From Verrucomicrobiota bacterium (GTDB taxonomy: Bacteria; Verrucomicrobiota; Verrucomicrobiia; Opitutales; Seribacteraceae), in the NCBI GenBank assembly GCA_027622665.1, contig JAQBYT010000050.1, positions 1 through 24,489 on the forward strand: a stretch of 24,489 bases of DNA, in the 5' to 3' direction. The notes beneath the pieces are model-generated. The model was not told the DNA's origin. It made no database searches and saw nothing but the letters and a program-made list of their open reading frames with translations. Made by a program: the position numbers and the translations under genes. This document shows positions 8,519 through 17,600 of this stretch, one piece after another (positions within the stretch are counted from its first letter, which is position 1; each line of letters starts with the position of its first letter).

Positions 8519-8599
8519 ATATAAACCCCAACTCACCGTTTGGATGCGAACTCATTGATGTATTGACCGAGGTGGAGCGGGGAGTAGGGTTGTGGGATG
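8519..8599 (+). promoter_or_regulatory. Repeated promoter/start module, copy C
   Basis: ATATAAACCCC..ACCGTTTGGATG..CATTGATG..TTGACC(8563-8568)-N16-TAGGGT(8585-8590)-N6-ATG(8597). Confidence 0.8.
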
Positions 8600-9271
8600 A
8601 GGAAACTACTGACTACCATGTTCGTCGCACTGCTGATGGTAGGGTGTGGAGGAGAAGAAACTACTAAAGTCGTTGTGGATGAAGACTCTACATCGAAAGC
8701 TATCACTAAAACTGATTGTTCCGCCGTCAAAGGCAAAGCTTTCACCATAGCCGACCTGTCCATGGAGATGCTTTGGGTGGAGCCGGGGACGTTCGAGATG
8801 GGTAGCCAGACTACGGAGGCGGGTCGTGGCAATAATGAAACCCCGTACACGGTGACTTTGACGAGCGGTTTCTACCTCGGCAAGCACGAGGTGACGCAGA
8901 CCCAGTGGGAGAAGGTGATGGGAAGCAACCCGAACAAGTTCAAGGGAGCGGACCGTCCCGTGGAAGAAGTGTCTTGGAACGACGTGACGTCTTTCTGCGA
9001 GAAGCTTACCGAATTGGAGAGCGAGGCTGGGCGCCTGCCTGCGGGTATGACTTATCAATTGCCCACAGAAGCGGAATGGGAGTACGCCTGCAGAGCGGGG
9101 ACTACGACGGCCTTCTCCTTTGGCGACGAATTGACTGCAAAGGATGCCAATTACGCCCACGATGGCTATGGTACAGGTTTGCAACGAACGTCTAATGTCG
9201 GGGAGTACGCTGCCAACCCATGGGGCTTTCACGACATGCATGGGAACGTATGGGAGTGGTGCGCGGACTGG
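8597..9271 (+). pseudogene. FGE-sulfatase/SUMF1-domain lipoprotein, 5' part (interrupted after WEWCADW)
   Basis: Lipobox LMVGC; PGTFEMGS, HEVTQ, PVEEVSW, LPTEAEWEYACRAG, NPWGFHDMHGNVWEWC; family similarity stops at 9271 although the ORF reads on to 9388. Confidence 0.85.
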
Positions 9272-9399
9272 GTTGGGAAAATCTCTGTTTTGACTTTTCA
9301 GGCGTGCGGTTTTGTTCTGTCGAGCGGATGTGTCACAATGGGTCTCGTCCGAAATCGAGCTTCAAACAAACCAGCGACGACACGTTGAAGGATTTTCGC

Positions 9400-11418
9400 A
9401 TGCGATTGCATTGGGTGTTGTATTTAGGCTGTTTGATATTGGCCGCGTTGCCAAATTGCATTCGCGGCGAAGATGGTCCCGTTTCCAGCGTTCAAGAACA
9501 GCGTGAGAGATTTAGAACACTATTCGTTACTCGCTCGTTGGATCATGAGCGTTTGATTCCCTATCTCACATCGGCTCGCCCCGACATCGTGCAGATTGGC
9601 AACTACGGCGCGATGTTTCATGGTTACGCGGACAATCCGAAATCGACAAAGACACCGATGATGTTACCGGTGGTCGGAGAACGAGCGGCACTCGAGTTTC
9701 AGCGCAAGCTAAACAAGACAGTTCACGGGCTCGGATTGACTGTGGTTGGCCACTTTCGTCTGATCAAGGTAATGGGTGACTGGGAAACTCAATCCGGCTT
9801 CGTCGACTATTACAACAATCGTTGGCCGGAAGACCTGCTCGGGGCCAAGCCGCATCCAGATCTAAGCGAGCTGTTACAGCGAGATGCCGCGGGCAAGCCG
9901 ATTCAAGTCTCTCGATACGACAACCCGCAGCTTACCCTGTGCTTATCGAGTCCGCACGCGCGGAAAATGCTAAAGCAAATGCTCAAGTGCGCCGTCGATC
10001 AGGGCGTCGATGGAGTCGTGACGACTTACAATTACCGCTTTGCATGCGTCTGCCCACATTGCCAAGACGCCTTCAAGACTTGGCTGGCAGAGCATCAGAC
10101 TCCGGAGCAGCTGAAAAGCAAGTTGGGCATCGACAATTTGCAGGAACACAAATTCGCCACGATTCCGGCAAGCATCCCAGGCTATCCGATTGCGGAAGAA
10201 GCCAGCGAACTGGATTGGCTAGCCGCCCGCTGGGGCGCCGAGCACTTCAAGCAGAAATACGACGAAATCTTTCTGCAGTATGGTCGCTCACTTCGTAAAG
10301 ATTTCGTGGTCGCTCAGTGGAATCATCTGAGTCACGTCAGTCTCAAAGAGGAGCGGGCGTTTCTTCCACTGGAACAGTGGGGCCGAGGCGAGGACTACTT
10401 TTGGTACTCCGGCGGAGCGTCCTTCGTTGGCAAGAACCTTGCATTAAGTGAACGCAAGGCTGGGGACGCTTGGCTAAGCTGCCTTTACATTCGCGAACTT
10501 TCTGGCCGCAAACCGTTTGTGATGGGAAAGTACGACAGGATCCGCCTGGCTGTTAGTATGGCGGAAGGCTATGCCACCGGCGGACTCGGCATGGGTCGCT
10601 ACATGAGGTTCGAAAACCCCAGCGGCTACGAAACGCTGGTTCGCTATACCAACTTCATGCACAAACACCGCAATCTTTACGACGGGGCAAGGCCATGGTC
10701 AGACGCCGCGATCATTCTGCCGAGACAGACTATCCTGAACCGTCGCCCCGCCGCTCTCGATTCCTTTCGCCACATTGGCCAAGCACTCGTCGAGCGACAG
10801 CTGCTGCTGGATGTCGTCGTCGATGAGAATATTTCCAAGGAACGGTTATCGCAATACCGGGCCGTTATCCTGCCCTCCGCCGTAGTGCTCAGCGACACGC
10901 AGTTGGAAATACTCCGCGAGTACGTGGCAAACAAAGGGCTGCTGCTTTACCACGGCGATTTGGGTTCCGTAACCGAAACGGGGAATCCGCGCGAATCGGC
11001 ACATCCTGAGGGCAGAATCGCGAACTCAATCGAAGTAACCGACTCGCTGGCGAAAGATGCAGCCAACTCCATTTACAAACGAATTCGCAACGCTGGAGTA
11101 ACTACATTCTTTGGCCCCTGGACTTTACGAACCGCCGCCTACATGCAACCTAATCGCGTGGTCCTGCACCTCGTTAACTATGATAGAGATGAAACCGTCG
11201 ATAAGAGCAAAAGCGGGCCTGAGCTTGAAAGACCCATCGCTGCCGAAAACGTGTCGATCAAGATGCGACTTCCAAACGGTCGCACCGCGACGAAGATCAC
11301 ACATCACTCTCCAGACCAGGAAGAATCGAGCCAAATCGACTTCAACACGTCGAGTCCCGGCTACATCACGTTTACCATACCGCGAATCGACGTTTACTCT
11401 GTAATTACAATTGAGTAG
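9400..11418 (+). CDS. Secreted glycoside-hydrolase-like protein (GH42/beta-galactosidase trimerisation-like C-terminal region)
   Basis: Long ORF; ATG 9400 follows GAAGGA and starts a signal peptide; CVCPHC motif; LSQYRAVILP..LSD.Q...LREYV..G GATase-like segment; VVLHLVNY. Confidence 0.7.
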   Translation: MRLHWVLYLGCLILAALPNCIRGEDGPVSSVQEQRERFRTLFVTRSLDHERLIPYLTSARPDIVQIGNYGAMFHGYADNPKSTKTPMMLPVVGERAALEFQRKLNKTVHGLGLTVVGHFRLIKVMGDWETQSGFVDYYNNRWPEDLLGAKPHPDLSELLQRDAAGKPIQVSRYDNPQLTLCLSSPHARKMLKQMLKCAVDQGVDGVVTTYNYRFACVCPHCQDAFKTWLAEHQTPEQLKSKLGIDNLQEHKFATIPASIPGYPIAEEASELDWLAARWGAEHFKQKYDEIFLQYGRSLRKDFVVAQWNHLSHVSLKEERAFLPLEQWGRGEDYFWYSGGASFVGKNLALSERKAGDAWLSCLYIRELSGRKPFVMGKYDRIRLAVSMAEGYATGGLGMGRYMRFENPSGYETLVRYTNFMHKHRNLYDGARPWSDAAIILPRQTILNRRPAALDSFRHIGQALVERQLLLDVVVDENISKERLSQYRAVILPSAVVLSDTQLEILREYVANKGLLLYHGDLGSVTETGNPRESAHPEGRIANSIEVTDSLAKDAANSIYKRIRNAGVTTFFGPWTLRTAAYMQPNRVVLHLVNYDRDETVDKSKSGPELERPIAAENVSIKMRLPNGRTATKITHHSPDQEESSQIDFNTSSPGYITFTIPRIDVYSVITIE

Positions 11419-11486
11419 ATCGAACGATGGCAGATCGTCAACCTATCAGCACTCTTCACTGAATCGATTACTAAGGTTAAGCCAGC

Positions 11487-11700
11487 ATGATTCTTCGCAT
11501 CGGCGCTTCAGCGCTCCTCACTTTTTCGCTCTTCAATCTCCCTGTGCAACACATTGCGGCTCAGACTGACGTTGATATCGTCGTTTATGGTGGCACGTCA
11601 CTGGCGTGATCGCAGCGGTGCAAGCCAAGAAGCAAGGGAAATCGGTCGTCATCGTCGGCCCCGACAAACACCTCGGCGGTCTTTCCAGCGGCGGACTTGG
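11487..11700 (+). pseudogene. 5' fragment of a secreted FAD-dependent oxidoreductase
   Basis: MILRIG..DIVVYGGTS[A]GVIAAVQAKKQGKSVVIVGPDKHLGGLSSGGLG with one G missing at 11600/11601; truncated at GGLG. Confidence 0.85.
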
Positions 11701-11872
11701 TGCAGTGAGTGATCCTGTCGGCCCGGCGGACGGCTCCAGTCGTGCCCCTCGTGGTGGTTCCTGGAACTTCACGGTTGAGGTAGCCCGTTCCGCGGACCGG
11801 CACGGGCGCCCGCCCGCCCGCACCCACTCCTACCTTGGCTTCCGCCTCAGTCTCCGACCGGCCAGCCAGTAG
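11699..11872 (+). pseudogene. FGE-sulfatase/CLec-fold domain, 3' part (continuation of 8597-9271)
   Basis: GAVSDPVGPADGSSRAPRGGSW..ARSADR..YLGFRLSLRPASQ*, the canonical C-terminus that follows WEWC.DW. Confidence 0.85.
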
Positions 11873-11953
11873 CGGAGTGAGCCGTAGGGAGCCGCCGAGC
11901 AGAGCGGAGCCTGTGCGGGGAGCGACTGAGGCCGAACGGAGCGCCGCTTTTTC
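11844..11953. repeat. 110-bp structured repeat at FGE-gene 3' ends, copy 2
   Basis: 108/110 identical to 1-110; arms TTCCGCCTCAGTC (11840-11852) and GACTGAGGCCGAA (11924-11936) are 12/13 complementary. Confidence 0.95.
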
Positions 11954-11970
11954 TTCATCGCTCCGCCCTC

Positions 11971-12023
11971 AGGAACGGCATACCCGTGAGAAACTAAAGC
12001 ACCCCGAAGGCGTCCCGATACTT
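11971..12023 (+). repeat. Relic of a MORN gene 3' end (RNGIPVRN*) plus 17-bp post-stop motif, copy 3
   Basis: aggaacggcatacccgtgagaaactaaagc resembles aaggacggcgaacccgtccgaaactaaagc (KDGEPVRN*, ending at 1984); AAGGCGTCCCGATACTT at 12007-12023. Confidence 0.75.
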
Positions 12024-12204
12024 CTCCCTGCTCGCCTTGCTGTAATCCGATCCGGCAAAGCACCCCTTCACCTCGCTCCCTTTATGCAAAAAATGGTACG
12101 GGGTAGGAACTATTATACGGTAATCGCGTGACGGATGTCGCGACCCCCGCCCCCCTAAAGTGATGCAAAAGACATCAGTAAACATTCACGGACGATACTG
12201 AACA

Positions 12205-12257
12205 CATTGTAGCTTTCATTGTAGCTTTACCCATTTCGCATAGGGGATTGAAGCTAC
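12205..12257. repeat. Tandem CATTGTAGCTTT x2 plus inverted AAGCTAC; candidate integrase arm sites
   Basis: 12205-12216, 12217-12228 and inverted core 12251-12257, 20-70 bp from the tRNA-Phe 3' end. Confidence 0.55.
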
Positions 12258-12277
12258 TCCCCGCATGTTTACTGAAA

Positions 12278-12353
<76 letters not shown>

Positions 12354-12676
12354 TCGTGGAAAAGAAAGGCCGAAATAAAACGTCAGAGGCTTGCTTGGTC
12401 AATGGGAAATATTGCCTGGCGTCGCTTACTTTTGAGGTTGGGCTCTGTAATCGGGAAGGGAGGGTCTCTGTTGAATCGGGTGGAGAGGGCTATTTAGGTT
12501 TGTCGGGTCGGTTGGATCATTCGTTGCCCTCTCGGCGGTTATGCACGAGGAAGATATCCCGACTATCAAAGATGCAAGCAGAAGGAGAAGTTTCGTTTTC
12601 ATCTATTAATGCTTTAGCAGGTTTTGAGAAAAGTCAAAATACGACCTTAGGGTCTGTTGGCTCTTTCCCTATATTC

Positions 12677-12712
12677 AAAAGAAAGTCGCCTCGAAATTAC
12701 TCGAGGCGACTT
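12677..12712 (-). terminator. Rho-independent terminator after the DUF6370-like gene
   Basis: AAGTCGCCTCGA/TCGAGGCGACTT 12-bp stem followed by a T-rich tract on the minus strand. Confidence 0.8.
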
Positions 12713-12736
12713 CGTTAAAAGGTGCTTTAGGAGGAG

Positions 12737-13108
12737 CTATTCCTTTAGGGCGATGCTAGTGACCTTGAGCTCATAGTTTTCGCCGACCTTCTTGGCTTGG
12801 CCCACGGCTTCGGCTTTTTTGGCCTTGGGGTTTTCCTTGGCGAAAGCCTTGGCTTTTTTTCCTTTGAGAAAATAGAGTGCTTTTTCAGTTTTGAGTACAG
12901 CTGCGCAGGAATCTCCTATCTTGAAGTCGCAGTGGGCGCACTTGAGTTCGCCAGTTACCGTCACTTTAGCAGATTTGCCTTTCTTTTTCCCTTTTTCGGC
13001 CTTTTCGGCTTTGGCGGGCTTTTCGGAATCGGCGGCCTTCTTCTTGTCGGCATAGGAACCGAGAGCGAGAAGCGAACTAGTTAGTATCGCGAGAATTAGT
13101 TTTTTCAT
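12737..13108 (-). CDS. Small secreted Lys-rich protein, DUF6370-like
   Basis: Signal peptide; VTVTGELKCAHC..C motif. Confidence 0.7.
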   Translation of the reverse strand: MKKLILAILTSSLLALGSYADKKKAADSEKPAKAEKAEKGKKKGKSAKVTVTGELKCAHCDFKIGDSCAAVLKTEKALYFLKGKKAKAFAKENPKAKKAEAVGQAKKVGENYELKVTSIALKE

Positions 13109-13195
13109 GATTGGGTACTTTGTTTTAGTTGATTTATAAGGAAAGATAAAATTACAGCGACGCCTGAGAGGCTTTTTGTCCGGAATAATTAACTT

Positions 13196-14623
13196 TTAGG
13201 TGAGAATTGATTTAATAACATGGGCTTTTTCTTCCACTCCGGTGAGACGGAAGTCAAGGCCTTGGAACTTGTAAGTGAAGTTTTCCGCCTTGATTCCCAA
13301 TTGGTGCAGGATGGTGGCATGAAGGTCTCGGACGTGAACCACGTTTTCTTCGGCATTGTAACCGAATTCGTCGGTATTGCCGTAAGACATTCCGCCTTTC
13401 ACGCCTCCGCCGGCCATCCAGATGGAGAAACCCTTTATGTGGTGGTCGCGGCCTGAACCTTGTGCCATGGGCGTACGACCGAACTCGCCGCCCCAAACGA
13501 CGAGGGTGTCTTCGAGCATGCCGCGTTGCTTGAGGTCTTGAATAAGGGCGGCGGAACCTTGGTCCACGCGCTTGGCTACTCCTGAAATGGCGCCTTTTAC
13601 ACCGCCGTGGTGATCCCATCCGCGATGGTAAAGCTGAATGAAGCGCACCCCGCGCTCAGCAAGACGTCGAGCAAGGAGACAGTTGGAGGCAAAGGAACCA
13701 TCTCCCGGCTTGGCGCCATAAAGATCGAGGACGTGTTTGGGTTCCTTGGAAACGTCCATGAGATCCGGCACACTGGTCTGCATGCGAAAGGCCATTTCGT
13801 ACTGGCTGATCTTAGTGGTGATTTCAGGATCGGCGACAGTGGCGTTACGAAGGGAATTGAGCTCGTTTACGGAATCGATAAGCGAGCGCTGGTCCTGCTT
13901 GTTTACGCCGGCAGGATTACTAAGATAAAGGACAGGGTCTCCCTTGGAGTTGAAATTGACTCCTTGGTACTTGCTGGGCAGAAACCCGCTGTGCCATTGT
14001 CGAGAGGCTATGGGCTGGTTCTGGCCACCGCCGACTGATGTTAGGACAACAAAACCAGGCAGGTTCTGGGTATCCGCCCCAAGCCCGTAGAGCACCCATG
14101 AACCCATACTGGGTCTCCCGGAAATCTGAGTTCCGGTATTCATGTAGGTGTGAGCGGGATCATGGTTGATCTGCTCGGTGTTCATGGATCGGATGATGCA
14201 TATGTCGTCCGCAACGGAACCGACCTTTGGAAACTGGCTGCAAATACTTTGTCCTGATTTCCCGTAGCGCTCGAATGCGTGCTGGGGACCGAGGCACTTG
14301 AGGGCGTTCTTCTTGCCTTGCAGCTGGGCGATGGGTTGGCCCTCGGTAATTGACTTGGGCATGTCTTTACCGTCCATTTCGCGAAGCTTCGGCTTGTCGT
14401 CGAGGGTTTCGAGATGAGAAGGTCCTCCGGCCATGCACAGAAAGATGACCCGCTTGGCTTTTGCAGGAATACCTGCGCCTGCAGGAAGGTTGGCGGACCA
14501 TGCGGGAACAGCACCCTGGGCGGAATTGCCGGAGAGCATCGAGGCGAGGGCGGCTGAACCGATACCTACGCTGGTTTGATTGAGAAAGGAACGTCGTGAT
14601 TGAAGGTTCATGGCAAGAAGCAT
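13196..14623 (-). CDS. DUF1501 domain protein (Tat-exported, sulfatase-like)
   Basis: SRRSFL Tat motif; AKRVIFL.MAGGPSHLE, LLARRLAERGVRF, GWDHH, WGGEFGRTP, GRDHH. Start may be 14611. Confidence 0.92.
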   Translation of the reverse strand: MLLAMNLQSRRSFLNQTSVGIGSAALASMLSGNSAQGAVPAWSANLPAGAGIPAKAKRVIFLCMAGGPSHLETLDDKPKLREMDGKDMPKSITEGQPIAQLQGKKNALKCLGPQHAFERYGKSGQSICSQFPKVGSVADDICIIRSMNTEQINHDPAHTYMNTGTQISGRPSMGSWVLYGLGADTQNLPGFVVLTSVGGGQNQPIASRQWHSGFLPSKYQGVNFNSKGDPVLYLSNPAGVNKQDQRSLIDSVNELNSLRNATVADPEITTKISQYEMAFRMQTSVPDLMDVSKEPKHVLDLYGAKPGDGSFASNCLLARRLAERGVRFIQLYHRGWDHHGGVKGAISGVAKRVDQGSAALIQDLKQRGMLEDTLVVWGGEFGRTPMAQGSGRDHHIKGFSIWMAGGGVKGGMSYGNTDEFGYNAEENVVHVRDLHATILHQLGIKAENFTYKFQGLDFRLTGVEEKAHVIKSILT

Positions 14624-14634
14624 TGGTGATGGAA

Positions 14635-17600
14635 CTAGAAACGAGCCGTCGTCTCGTAAATATTAAGAAGAGCTCTGGAAATGCTCGTCCAAGCGGCAAG
14701 CTCATGAGATTCGTGATTTCCTGAGGCGGGCTTGGAGCCGGTTGCGATCAATTTCTTGGCGTCTTCGGGGTTGGCTTTATAGCGCTCTCGCTGGGCGTTC
14801 AGCAACTTGGTCAGGATTTGACGTTCCTTGGGCGTAGGTTCGCGGGTGAGGGCAAGTCCAAAGGCTCGGGTGAGGCGTGCGGCGTCATCACCTTTCACTT
14901 CAATGAGCAAGCGTTCGGCAAGGACGCGTGCGGCTTCTACGAACACAGGATCGTTCAGAAGGACAAGGGCTTGCTGAGGAATATTGGATCGTGGACGTTC
15001 GGCCACGCATTCCTCACGACTGGGAGCATCGAAGGCGACCATAGCAGGGTGGGGGAAGCTCCGGCAAACGTAGGTGTAGAGACTTCGGCGATAAAGTTCG
15101 TCCCCCTGGGATTGCTGCCACTTACGAGCGGGGAAGTTCAGATGCCTCCAGTATCCGGGGGGCTGGTAAGGCTTGACGCTCTTGCCGCCGATGCTGGGCG
15201 ACAGGAGATTGCTTATTGACAGGGCAGTGTCTCGCACGAATTCAGCATCCAAGCGGAAACGGGTTTGGCGGGCGAACAGGCGATTAGCGGGGTCTTTGTC
15301 TAGGAGTTTCGCGGAAACGGCGGACGACTGCCTGTATGCTCCGGAGGTGACCATGAGCTTCACAAGGCGCTTAACATCCCAGCCGTTGTCACGGAAATCT
15401 GCGGCAAGGTAATCGAGGAGTTCAGGGTGTGTTGGGGGTTCGCCTTGGCCACCCAAATCGTCAAGACGTCGTGAAAGACCATAGCCAAAGAATAATTTCC
15501 AGGCCCGATTGACGAAAGCTCGGGAGGTGAGTGGGTTTTCCTTGGATATCACCCACTTGGCCAAATCCATGCGACTGGCTCGCTTGTCGCCCGTTTCGAG
15601 TTTCCCAAGGAAAGAGGGTATGGCCGGCTTTACTTCTTCGCCGGATTGGTCGAGCCAGTTTCCACGTGGTAGAATCTTCACCATGCGGGGGTTGGTGGAT
15701 TGGGATACGAGCATGGAGCGTTCGCCAGAGCCTTTTGTCATGGCTTCCTCACTGGCTTTCAGTTTGGCGAGCTGGTCCTTCTCCTTGGCGAAATTGGCGG
15801 TGCTCGGTTGATGGACATAAGCTAAGTAGTGGGAACGAAGGGTCTTTTTCTGTTCTTCGTTTCTTTTGTCCTCGGCTATCTTAATGGCGGATTGGACCTT
15901 TGATGGTAAATCCTTGGCATTCTTGTTTAGGTTGGCCCAGACCTTTAGCGAGAACGCCGGATCTTTGGTGGGGTCTACGACGGTGACGATCCCCGCCTTG
16001 TCCCAATAGACCTTTCCGTCGAACTGCGAAAAGGCCCAGCCATTCAAGCGGGAACCGGGCTTGAGACCGACTTGGGCAGGATCCACTTCTAGTCGCACCC
16101 ATTTTCCGGTTTCCGGCAGAGGTCCCATTTTTCTCTTACTGACCGTACCCTCTTTGCCGAAATTAATTTTGGATTCGCCCCAGTAGGCGCGGTGCTCCCA
16201 AGTACCGTCATTGAACTGAAGCATGATTTGCTTGGGAGGATTTAGGGTGTCGAGATAAACATAAGTGAAGAGGATTGAACCCTCGGCCAAATCAAGGGTT
16301 GGGTTGGCGGCAACAAAGAAATGCTGTTTCTGGCCATTCGCCTCACGAACACTAGATTTTTGCCCGCTGAATACCGGTTCTGGCTTACTTACGAACTTCC
16401 AAGGCGTATCGCCCTGGGCACTAGCTCCCGGGGGTACGGCGTCTTCAATCCAGACCTTTTCCACGGGTTCCGGCTTCTTGTCCAGCTTCGGTTCTTCGTA
16501 GGAAAGCTTCGAAGCTTTGGATAACAATTCCTTCTCTAATGCTTCCTGTTGCTTCTTGATGGAGGCAAGCTCCTCGTTGTCTTTTTGCACGGGAACCAAC
16601 CACTTACTTATCGTGGTGGATGGAATCTTGAAGTTGGGAGTCCTTCGCCCAAGTATATTTTCCTTAATGTCGGCGAAGAAGGCGGCGAGGGAATAAAAAT
16701 CCTTGGTCGTAATCGGGTCGTACTTGTGGTCATGACACTGTGCGCAACCGGTGGTGGCGGCTAGCCAGACGTTGCCGAAGTTTCGCACGCGGTCCGCCTG
16801 ATAAATGGTGACGTATTCATCTGCTTGAGCTCCGCCTTCTTCAGTTGTCTGCAGGAGACGATTATAGCCGGAGGCAACCTTTTGCATGGGAGTTGCCTCC
16901 GGAATGAGGTCGCCGGCAATGTTCTCGATCACGAACTGATCGTAAGGCAGGTTTTGATTGAATGCGCCTATGACGTAGTCGCGATAGGAGGAGACCTCCA
17001 TGAAGTTGTCGCTGTGGTAGCCCGAGGTGTCGGCAAAGCGCACAAGGTCAAGCCAGTGCAAGGTCATACGCTCACCGTAACGAGGGTCAGCTAGAAGTTT
17101 GTCGACAAGATTGCCATAGGCACCCTTCGACGTGTCCTTCACAAACACTTCGGCATCTTCGGGAGTGGGAGGAATTCCCAACAGGTCGAGATAGAGACGA
17201 CGAAGCAGGGTCACCTTCTCGGCCTCCGGTGATGGCTTGGATCCTGAATCAATTATCTTCGGGAGCAGAAGTTGGTCGATTTCATTGTGAAGGAAGGGAT
17301 CATTGGACTTTGGTTCAGCCAGTTTCGGCTTGTTCAATGGACGGTATGCCCAATGTTTTTCGTATTTCCCACCCTCAGCTACCCATTGCTTCAGGATTAC
17401 GATCTGATCGGCAGATAGTTTCTTTCCGCTTTTCTTGGGCGGCATATGGTCGTCCTCGTCTTCCGTGGTGATGCGAGCGATTAGTTCGCTCTCCTGTGGC
17501 TTTCCGGGTACGATAGCCTGGTGACCACCCAAATCGGCGAGAGGACCTTCGGGTATGTCGAGTCGCAACTTTGCTTTGCGCTTATTCTTGTCCGGGCCGT

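Larger units (their letters stand above)
1..12277. mobile_element. Variable genomic island downstream of tRNA-Phe (left boundary outside the window)
   Basis: Adjacent to the tRNA 3' end; short repeats at 12205-12257; mosaic composition, gene relics, defence-like and surface-protein cargo. No integrase for it in the window. Confidence 0.6.

Noticed and set aside
8597..11872. Active formylglycine-generating enzyme, or a group I/II intron splitting it
   Set aside because: The catalytic cysteine pair after RGGS is absent; the insert has no RT, homing nuclease or recognisable intron ends, and its removal does not restore the frame.
11740..11872. Complete DGR within the window
   Set aside because: No reverse transcriptase, Avd or adenine-rich template repeat is visible; kept only as a remote-target hypothesis.
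1..12023. Integron cassette array (attC sites)
   Set aside because: No IntI, the repeats lack RYYYAAC..GTTRRRY ends, and the genes carry their own promoters.
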